A DNA stretch of 40,420 nt from a virus, in the IMG/VR virus record IMGVR_UViG_3300025886_000069. One strand, 5' to 3'. Below the pieces are notes generated by a model. That model saw nothing but the letters and a program-made list of their open reading frames with translations. It had not been told where the DNA came from and ran no database searches. Made by a program: the position numbers and the translations under genes. This document shows positions 8,472-15,164 of this stretch, piece after piece (the stretch's first letter is position 1; every line of letters starts with the position of its first letter).

Positions 8472-9107
8472 ATGAAAAACGTACTTCTCTCTCTCGTTCT
8501 GGTCCTCGGGCTCTCGGGTATCTCCCAAGCCCGTACACTGCCCACTTTCAAAGTTTGTGCTGAACAAGCTAACAACGGCTGGATCCTTTACGGTATCCCA
8601 TCCTCCACTCACGTTGTCTGGGACACCCGGGAAACCGTAGGTCCCCTAATCGGAAACGGTAACTGTCAGGAAGGCTGGTCCGAGGAAGATAAGGTAGACT
8701 TCCGGCTCTCCTCCGAAATGCCACGTAAGTTTTGCCCGAGTGTTCACAGCTGGACCCTCGTATCCCCAGAAGGTGTAGCCGTCCAAGGGGCTACCTCTCC
8801 GGTTTATCCTTGCCGAGTAGCACCGAAGGAAACCGGTGGTAAGCCCTTGGGTAGTCGGGGAAAAGTGAAAGCTGCAAAAACGGGAGACGGCTCAGACACC
8901 GGGTCAGACGATGGAACCGACACCGACACTGACACCGACACTGGTACCGACACTGGTACCGACACTGACACCGACACTGGTACCGGGTCAGACGATGGCT
9001 CAGGTGGTAACCCTTGCGGAGGGAACTGTGGCAACGGTAACGGCAACGGAGGCGGTAACGGGACCGGCAACGAAGGTGGTGGCAACGACTCCCACCCACA
9101 CCGGTGA
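8472..9107 (+). CDS. Secreted Cys-containing protein with a Thr-Asp / Gly-Asn low-complexity tail
   Basis: Signal peptide MKNVLLSLVLVLGLSGISQA/RT. C-terminus GTDTDTDTDTGTDTGTDTDTDTGTG...GNGNGNGGGNGTGNEGGGN. Confidence 0.6.
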   Translation: MKNVLLSLVLVLGLSGISQARTLPTFKVCAEQANNGWILYGIPSSTHVVWDTRETVGPLIGNGNCQEGWSEEDKVDFRLSSEMPRKFCPSVHSWTLVSPEGVAVQGATSPVYPCRVAPKETGGKPLGSRGKVKAAKTGDGSDTGSDDGTDTDTDTDTGTDTGTDTDTDTGTGSDDGSGGNPCGGNCGNGNGNGGGNGTGNEGGGNDSHPHR

Positions 9108-9133
9108 AGCCTAGCCGTTAAGTGACTGTCCAA

Positions 9134-9173
9134 GGGGACACTGGGGTTTTTTGACTCTGGTGTCCCTTTTTTT
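9134..9173 (+). terminator. Rho-independent terminator
   Basis: GGGGACACTGG / CTGGTGTCCC stem (two G-U pairs) followed by T7. Confidence 0.6.
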
Positions 9174-9184
9174 GTTCAGGGGTG

Positions 9185-9213
9185 TTGACTTCCGGGTCAG
9201 CAGTTATTAAATA
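9185..9213 (+). promoter_or_regulatory. Candidate sigma70-type promoter TTGACT-N17-TAAATA
   Basis: Read directly; lies between the terminator and the SD-led ORF at 9241. Confidence 0.35.
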
Positions 9214-9240
9214 CTATTTATCGAAACGAAAGGACTCAAC

Positions 9241-9432
9241 ATGAACAACTCAATCCAGTGGGCTTACACAGCAGGCGGCAACGATGCTTACTACGGTAGG
9301 AACTGCTCTGCTAACTTTTACGTAAACGGTAACGTCCTCCGAGGTACACAGGTCACAAACCTCACAGAGGAAGAACGTGAAGCCTACCTTGAAGGTTACA
9401 ACGACGAAACCGATGGAAAGGACTGGGGCTAA
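9241..9432 (+). CDS. Hypothetical small protein
   Basis: AAAGGA SD upstream. 63 aa of natural-looking composition (…EEEREAYLEGYNDETDGKDWG). Confidence 0.5.
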   Translation: MNNSIQWAYTAGGNDAYYGRNCSANFYVNGNVLRGTQVTNLTEEEREAYLEGYNDETDGKDWG

Positions 9433-9605
9433 TGGTTGACGTCTGGGACCAGAAAACTTGGAAGGACCTCAGGGTCCTCCGTACCGAACTCCGAGAGGAA
9501 CTGTTCGATTGCACAGACCCCAAGCTTGAGGCTTCACTACAAGCCCAGCTGAACTCGGTACAAAGTGATATAGAGCAGGGGTTGACCGTACAGGTCCCCT
9601 TTTGA
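9432..9605 (+). CDS. Hypothetical small helical protein (57 aa, not in the ORF track)
   Basis: TAATG coupling. Translation MVDVWDQKTWKDLRVLRTELREELFDCTDPKLEASLQAQLNSVQSDIEQGLTVQVPF. Confidence 0.4.
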   Translation: MVDVWDQKTWKDLRVLRTELREELFDCTDPKLEASLQAQLNSVQSDIEQGLTVQVPF

Positions 9606-9673
9606 GCTACTACAGCCTCCAGAGAGGCGAGGCTTAAAATTGATACTGCAACCAAGTTTGATACTTTAGGCAC
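9603..9673 (-). repeat. Left arm of a 71-bp imperfect inverted repeat (partner 11353-11423)
   Basis: The reverse complement aligns with 11353-11423 without gaps, 60/71 identical. Encodes VPKVSNLVAVSILSLASLEAVVAQ. Confidence 0.9.
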
Positions 9674-9682
9674 TCTAACGAA
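9656..9682 (+). repeat. 27-bp perfect direct repeat, copy 1 (GTTTGATACTTTAGGCACTCTAACGAA)
   Basis: Identical to 9912-9938. Confidence 0.95.
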
Positions 9683-9747
9683 ATTGGGATTGTCAGACTC
9701 CCTGCCTCTTGGCTAAAGCTCTGGCTCTCTCCTCCTCCCAAACTTAG

Positions 9748-9781
9748 GGCCTCCAGTGGAAACACCGGGGGCCTCTTTTTT
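9748..9781 (+). terminator. Rho-independent terminator
   Basis: GGCCTCCAGTG-GAAA-CACCGGGGGCC stem-loop (one mismatch, one G-U pair) followed by TCTTTTTT. Confidence 0.6.
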
Positions 9782-9911
9782 GTCTAGGCTTCGGTAGCCC
9801 CAGAAGCCCCACACAGGGGCTCTAACTTATGGGTGGTGTGGTTACCCATCTGGAATAGTTAATGGCTGTCAGTGGCCTTTCTAGGGGGCTCTCTAGGGGG
9901 CTGGACTCGGT

Positions 9912-9938
9912 GTTTGATACTTTAGGCACTCTAACGAA
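9912..9938 (+). repeat. 27-bp perfect direct repeat, copy 2
   Basis: Identical to 9656-9682. Confidence 0.95.
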
Positions 9939-9953
9939 CTTTCCAAGGTGTCC

Positions 9954-9988
9954 GGGGGACCAGACGGGGGAAGTGACGGGGAGGGGGG
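9954..9988 (+). other. Canonical G-quadruplex motif G5-N7-G5-N7-G4-N1-G6
   Basis: GGGGGACCAGACGGGGGAAGTGACGGGGAGGGGGG read directly. Confidence 0.5.
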
Positions 9989-10124
9989 TTGTTCTTTTGA
10001 GTCAATGGGTTGGCTTGGGAACTGTGAGTAAAATGCTCACGTTTTTACGAGAGGGGGGCTCTGGTGGGGCTATGGTATTGGCTGCAAAATTGCACCTTGA
10101 GTTGCAAGATTTCTTATGAACTAT

Positions 10125-10516
10125 CGTTTTAGGATATGCCAAAATAGCTAAACTTTGGCTCAAACCAGAGCCTAACCTAAAGTAGTACCCCGACGAGAAA
10201 TAGATAAAATTTTAGTCAAATTGTTTTTCAACTGACACGGGTGTCCCGACGAAAGTTACCTAAAGTTTGACTCAAGTTTTACCACTACTCAAACGGGTGT
10301 CCCGACGGAAGTTACCTAAAGTTTGACTCAAGTTTTACCACTACTCAAACGGGTGTCTCTCCAAAAGTTACCTAAAGTTTGACTCAAGTTTTATCACCAC
10401 CCCAAGGTGTACTCCGACGGAAGATAGCTAAAATTAGAGCTAAAGTTTTCCTCTCGTAAAACGAGTGTCCCGACTAAAGATAGCTAAAATTAGAGCTAAA
10501 GTTTTCCTCTCGTATT
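10125..10516 (+). repeat. Seven tandem 56-bp iterons in two sub-families
   Basis: Units begin at 10125, 10181, 10237, 10293, 10349, 10405 and 10461. Units 10237 and 10293 are 55/56 identical. Shared core ACGGGTGTCCCGACG-AAG-TA(C/G)CTAAA-...-AAGTTTT. Confidence 0.9.
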
Positions 10517-10980
10517 TTGACTACGCAAAAGTCATACCGTTTATTTTGTCTCAAATTTTATGCAACTCTCGATTGAGTCCCAGACACCAGAGCCCTTCCG
10601 CAGTGAAGCCGGGGGTCATTCCAAAAGTACGGGGGGTACTTGAGATAGACTGACTGAACACTGGGGTATCCTTTTCGAATCACTTTCCCTGATCTGAGGT
10701 TGTAGTTTTCCGGAGGGACTCTCGTTTTAACCTAGACTTGTACCGTTCCCAATTAGCTCAAACTTTAGTCTTTACTTTAGCACTGTGACACTGGGGCAAC
10801 ACTGGGGGAACTCCGGTGGGTAGGTTCTACTTTTTGGATACGTCGGAAGACGGGAGTGGGTCCCTCAGGGTTCTAGGGGACGTTGTGGGGGCCTTGGGCT
10901 TACGGTTACATTTCCAAAATAAAAAAATAAGTTGTGACTACACAAAAAAGGAAAGCTGAATTGAACGGTACGAATGCCTT

Positions 10981-11094
10981 ACCAGAGTCCCACCAGAGCC
11001 CCACTAGAGTCCCACTAGAGCCCCACTAGGGGCATACCAGAGTACCATACCAGAGCACCTTACCAGAGTCCCACTAGAGTCATACTAGAGCTAA
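10981..11094 (+). repeat. About ten tandem 11-bp repeats, AC(C/T)AGAG(T/C)CCC
   Basis: accagagtccc accagagcccc actagagtccc actagagcccc actaggggcat accagagtacc ... accagagtccc actagagtcat actagagctaa. Confidence 0.9.
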
Positions 11095-11346
11095 AACCCC
11101 AGTAAAACCGTAGCTAAACCCCAGACCTCCTAACCCTCTAAATCGTAAACCCTTGAAATCCTTGGGTTTTCCCTACCGTAACCATATGTCTAAAAAAAGA
11201 GGTATATATTACTATAGTAAGAACTAGAGTTAAGGCCTCTAGAGTTACAACAAGGAAAACCGGTTAAGGTTAATTCCTAATAATTAATTTGCTAAGAGTC
11301 TTAAGGGTCCTTAAGGAAAACTTTAGTAAGGACTCTTGTAAGGACT

Positions 11347-11910
11347 TTGACAGTGCCTAAAGTATCAAATTTATTTGTAGTATTAATTTTAAGCCTTACC
11401 TCTTTAGGAGCTGTAGTAGCTCAGACTACGAATTATTCAGTAGAGGTTGAGCCTTACGTTATCGTAGTAGACAATGATCTCCGAGACGTAAGCCGAACAA
11501 TCAGCATCGACTCTGACAGTACCAAAAGAACCCTTGTGGTTAATAATCAAAACTTCAAGATTAAATCCAATTCTGGTTTTGTAGTAGAGCTTAGAATGCC
11601 AATGGATTTGGTTAGGGGCTACTGTGTCCCTGTCTTCAGGAATGACTCTAGTAATACCTATGTCAAAGCTGAGTTGATTGTCCGTGCGGGGAAGTCCCTT
11701 TATGACTCCCGTGGCCCTTCGTTCAACCACCTTACAAGAGGCGTTGTCATTGACTGCGACTCATCCGGAGTGGGAAGCCTCCTCATCACTAGACCTGAGC
11801 CAAGCCTTTCCCCTCTGGAATTTACAATCTGGTTAGCATTCCCAGCCGGGGAGCACTTAGCCGGAACCTACGATTTTACCATTCAGGTTTTCCCTCAAGT
11901 TATTGAATAG
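11347..11910 (+). CDS. Secreted beta-rich protein of unknown function (AT-rich moron)
   Basis: TTG at 11347 or GTG at 11353. Signal peptide KVSNLFVVLILSLTSLGAVVAQ/TT. Visibly more AT-rich than its neighbours. C-terminus ...AGTYDFTIQVFPQVIE. Confidence 0.6.
   Translation: MTVPKVSNLFVVLILSLTSLGAVVAQTTNYSVEVEPYVIVVDNDLRDVSRTISIDSDSTKRTLVVNNQNFKIKSNSGFVVELRMPMDLVRGYCVPVFRNDSSNTYVKAELIVRAGKSLYDSRGPSFNHLTRGVVIDCDSSGVGSLLITRPEPSLSPLEFTIWLAFPAGEHLAGTYDFTIQVFPQVIE
11353..11423 (+). repeat. Right arm of the 71-bp inverted repeat (start codon plus signal-peptide codons of the 11347 gene)
   Basis: See the left arm at 9603-9673. Confidence 0.9.
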
Positions 11911-11932
11911 GGCAATTTACGGAAACGAGAAC

Positions 11933-12331
11933 ATGCCAGAAAAACTCCCATACAAAAAGCCGATTGGAAACAAGATCAGACGCCTTATCAAGGCGGGTGT
12001 CTCCATGAAAGACATTTGTGCCGATGTTCAAGGTATGAAGGATGCTCCAAGTTCCCCAACCTCCATCTACAAAATCTACGGTGCTGACATCGCAGAAGCC
12101 CGTTCAGAAATCTTTGAGGCTGTAGGTGACCGAGTGGTCAACCAAGCTCTCCACGGTGACCCCAAGGAAGCAGCTACCTTTAAAAGCCAAGAGCTCTTCC
12201 TCCGGTCTAAAGCCGGTTGGTCTCCTACCAGCACAGTCCAAGAGCAGGAAATCACCGAAGACCCTGACACAGACCTCTCGGCGATTGATGAACTCATGAA
12301 TCTTCTGGGAAAATCTACCTCGGAGGAGTAA
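11933..12331 (+). CDS. terS: Terminase small subunit
   Basis: Lies immediately upstream of terL. N-terminal HTH-like IRRLIKAGVSMKDICADV. ...ATFKSQELFLRSKAGWSPT resembles the conserved TerS segment. ATG at 11933 preferred over TTG at 11903. Confidence 0.6.
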   Translation: MPEKLPYKKPIGNKIRRLIKAGVSMKDICADVQGMKDAPSSPTSIYKIYGADIAEARSEIFEAVGDRVVNQALHGDPKEAATFKSQELFLRSKAGWSPTSTVQEQEITEDPDTDLSAIDELMNLLGKSTSEE

Positions 12332-12346
12332 CCCCGAGGAACCCGA

Positions 12347-13711
12347 ATGACCTATAAGATTCCACCTATCACAGCACAGACTTTAAGAGAGCTCCCGGAC
12401 GAACAAGTCCAAGCAGCACTTACAGCCCTTGGGCCAGAGAAGGTAGCAGAGCTTCAACACTCTTGGGAGTTTTGGGCTAGACCTGACCAGCTAGAGCCTA
12501 GAGGCAAAGACTGGAACATCTGGCTTGCACTTGCTGGACGTGGTTGGGGCAAGACCCGAGCCGGAGCCGAGTGGGTAAGACACCGGGTAAAATCCGGTGA
12601 TAAAATCATTCATGCTGTAGCCCCTACAAAAGGGGACGTCCGGAAGGTTATGGTTGAGGGTGACTCTGGACTCCTAAACGTTTGCTGGTCCGGAGACAAG
12701 ACCTACAAGGGTGTCCCGATGGGGGCTCCGGGATGGTCTCCGACAAACAACACAATCACTTGGGCCAACGGTGCAAGGTGTGTGTTCTTCTCAGCAGAGG
12801 ACCCGGAGAGACTTCGTGGACCTCAGTGTCATTCGGCTTGGACTGATGAGCTTTGTGCTTGGAGAAATGCACAGATGACTTGGGACATGATGATGTTCGG
12901 CCTCCGGTTGGGCAAGCATCCCCAAGTGTTCATCACCACCACCCCGAAGACCACTAAGCTCATTCGAAACATCATCGGTGACCCCAAGACGATAGTTACC
13001 AAGGGTAGCACCTTCGACAACTCGGCTAACCTTGCAGACACCTTCCTTGATGCTGTTAAGGCTACCTACGAAGGGACTCGGTTGGGTAGACAAGAGCTCT
13101 ACGCAGAAATCCTAGACGAAGCCTCCGGTGCTCTTTGGAACCGAACCCTGCTTGCCTCCTGTGAGGTTGAGCCAGACGACGTTCCAGACTTGAACCGTAT
13201 CGTAGTCTCAATTGACCCCGCAGTCTCAGCTAATGCAGAGTCCGACATGACAGGCATTGTTGTTGCTGGTGTCGATATCAATGGCAAGGCTTACGTCTTA
13301 GCAGACCACACTGATCGTTGTAGTCCCCAAGAGTGGGCTGCAAAAGCTATTCACCTTTATCATGAATATTCGGCTGACCGGATTGTCGCAGAGAAAAACC
13401 AAGGTGGGGACATGGTTCGTCACACCCTACACACCGAGGACCCTACCGTCCCGGTTAAATTGGTACATGCTTCCCGGGGCAAGATGGCCAGAGCCGAGCC
13501 GGTGTCTGCCCTGTACGAACAGGGTAAGGTTTACCATGTCAGAGGTCTTAACGACCTTGAGGATCAAATGGTCCAGTGGGAACCTTTGGGGTCTACGGGC
13601 TCCCCTGACCGGTTGGATGCTATGGTGTGGGCAATTACTGACTTGGCCCTTAACGGCTACGCCAAACCCCAGCTAAGGCTTGCTTACAGCTCTGCACAGG
13701 GTTTGAGGTAA
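12347..13711 (+). CDS. terL: Terminase large subunit (GTA/PBSX-like family)
   Basis: WEFWARPDQ..P...W..WLALAGRGWGKTRAGAEWV (Walker A region), TDELCAW (Walker B), C-terminal nuclease half with VSIDPA and DRLDAMVWA. Confidence 0.9.
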   Translation: MTYKIPPITAQTLRELPDEQVQAALTALGPEKVAELQHSWEFWARPDQLEPRGKDWNIWLALAGRGWGKTRAGAEWVRHRVKSGDKIIHAVAPTKGDVRKVMVEGDSGLLNVCWSGDKTYKGVPMGAPGWSPTNNTITWANGARCVFFSAEDPERLRGPQCHSAWTDELCAWRNAQMTWDMMMFGLRLGKHPQVFITTTPKTTKLIRNIIGDPKTIVTKGSTFDNSANLADTFLDAVKATYEGTRLGRQELYAEILDEASGALWNRTLLASCEVEPDDVPDLNRIVVSIDPAVSANAESDMTGIVVAGVDINGKAYVLADHTDRCSPQEWAAKAIHLYHEYSADRIVAEKNQGGDMVRHTLHTEDPTVPVKLVHASRGKMARAEPVSALYEQGKVYHVRGLNDLEDQMVQWEPLGSTGSPDRLDAMVWAITDLALNGYAKPQLRLAYSSAQGLR

Positions 13712-13808
13712 CTAGGGCCACTAAAAACCCAAGGCCCCTCAGTGGGCTTTACCGGGCCATATAAGGGCCTTTTGAGATACAGAGGACCCTTAAAAGGGGA
13801 GTAGAAAA

Positions 13809-15164
13809 ATGACAAAAAAGAACCTTTCCCCTACAAAAGCAGTCAAAGAGCTCGGCGTTTCGGGCAATAATGTCCACAACGGTGGGATTCGTGCAGACGA
13901 GTTCCTTCCGGAGTTGCGTGGTCGTAAGGCCATTAAGAAGTTCCGGGAAATGCGTGAGAATGACTCTACCATTGGTGCTGTCCTCTATTCCGCAGAGCAA
14001 ATCCTCCGGGACGTGGACCTACGGGTCAAGCCCGCAGACGATAGTCCCGAAGCTAAGGCAGGCGTGGATTTCTTGGAGTCTGTTCTAGATAACATGGATC
14101 ACTCTCTGGATGACCATATCTCCGAGAGCCTTTCGTTCTTGTCCTACGGGTTTATGTGGTTTGAGCTTGTCTACTTCCGGCGTCCGGATGGTCGTTTGGG
14201 TGTAAAGAAGATTGCAGCCCGAGCACCTTGGACTATTGACCGGTTCGAAGTGGACCACAAGACGGGTGACGTTTTGGGTGTTTATCAGACGACCTCCCGT
14301 CCCGGATCCACAAACAACTTCATCCCCAAGTCGAAGTCTATCCACTACAAGACTCACACGATTAACGGGGACCCTTCTGGTCGTAGTATCCTCCGGAATG
14401 CGTACACCTCTTACGAGTACCTTAATAATATACAGGCTATTGAGGCCATTGCGGTTGAACGTGAACTTGCTGGTATTCCAGTAGGTCGCCTACCTTCCGA
14501 GTACCTGTCCTCAGATGCTACCGAGACACAGGCAGCTATCAAAGCTGAGTTCGAGACCATCCTCCGGGACGTTAAGTTCAACGAACAGGGTTTCTTGATC
14601 CTTCCTTCCGACATGTACCCGGACAAAGACGGGACTCCTACGAGCAACCCTCTGGTTAGTATCGAGTTAATGAGCTCCTCCGGTTCCCGGAACATCGCCA
14701 TTGACCCAATCATTAGCCGATACCAGCACGACATTGCACGGTCCGTCCTCTCTGAGTTCCTGCTACTTGGTTCTCAACAGTCCGGTGGTTCGTATGCATT
14801 GTCCAAGTCTAAGACGGACATTTATCTCCGGGCCTTGGAGAGCTACATTACGACCATCACCGATGTTCTGAACAAGCAGCTTGTGAAACCTCTTTGGGAG
14901 CTTAACGGGCTCTCCCCTGAGACTATGCCGAAAATCAAGGCTTCCGACGTTGCCCCTCACGACCTCCGGGAAATCTCCGGGTTCCTGAGAAACTTGAACC
15001 AAGCAAACATCACAGTGCACGATCACCCCGAGGTTATTCAAGACCTCATGGATATTGCGGAATTGAGCTATGAACCTAAGAAACCAAGTGTCCAGCCTGT
15101 TCAAGAGCTGGGAGTCTCGAAATCGGCTAAACAAGGATCGTTCAGCTTTAATGGGGATGAGTGA
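13809..15164 (+). CDS. Portal protein
   Basis: 451 aa, directly downstream of terL. GGGAG SD. Expected size and position for a portal; family not resolved by eye. Confidence 0.75.
   Translation: MTKKNLSPTKAVKELGVSGNNVHNGGIRADEFLPELRGRKAIKKFREMRENDSTIGAVLYSAEQILRDVDLRVKPADDSPEAKAGVDFLESVLDNMDHSLDDHISESLSFLSYGFMWFELVYFRRPDGRLGVKKIAARAPWTIDRFEVDHKTGDVLGVYQTTSRPGSTNNFIPKSKSIHYKTHTINGDPSGRSILRNAYTSYEYLNNIQAIEAIAVERELAGIPVGRLPSEYLSSDATETQAAIKAEFETILRDVKFNEQGFLILPSDMYPDKDGTPTSNPLVSIELMSSSGSRNIAIDPIISRYQHDIARSVLSEFLLLGSQQSGGSYALSKSKTDIYLRALESYITTITDVLNKQLVKPLWELNGLSPETMPKIKASDVAPHDLREISGFLRNLNQANITVHDHPEVIQDLMDIAELSYEPKKPSVQPVQELGVSKSAKQGSFSFNGDE

Noticed and set aside
9362-9673. 103-aa minus-strand ORF starting with a signal peptide
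   Set aside because: Only the first 24 codons (the inverted-repeat arm) look protein-like. The rest is Ser/Arg/Cys-rich antisense of two coupled + strand ORFs that have a promoter and an SD. It is treated as a 5' gene fragment, not a gene.
9862-10119. 85-aa + strand ORF in the non-coding region
   Set aside because: It has no SD and a Gly/Leu/Arg-rich composition driven by the G-runs, and it spans the 27-bp repeat and the G4 motif. It is most likely a chance ORF.
10125-10516. Possible CRISPR array or anti-CRISPR mini-array, given regularly spaced repeats with a 56-bp period
   Set aside because: Adjacent units are similar across their whole length (two are 55/56 identical). There are no unique spacers between conserved repeats, no cas genes and no recognisable CRISPR repeat hairpin.
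10465-10653. 62-aa + strand ORF
   Set aside because: It starts with a non-ATG codon inside iteron unit 5 and has no SD. Half of it translates repeat DNA.
10660-10700. tRNA suggested by a TTCGAATC T-loop-like string at about 10675
   Set aside because: The flanking bases do not form a T-stem, and no acceptor or anticodon arms could be drawn. No tRNA is supported anywhere in the window.
13712-13808. GGCC-rich short palindromes between terL and the portal gene, as a possible terminator
   Set aside because: The stems are only 4 bp and there is no T-run. A terminator between terL and the portal gene is unlikely in a coupled late operon.
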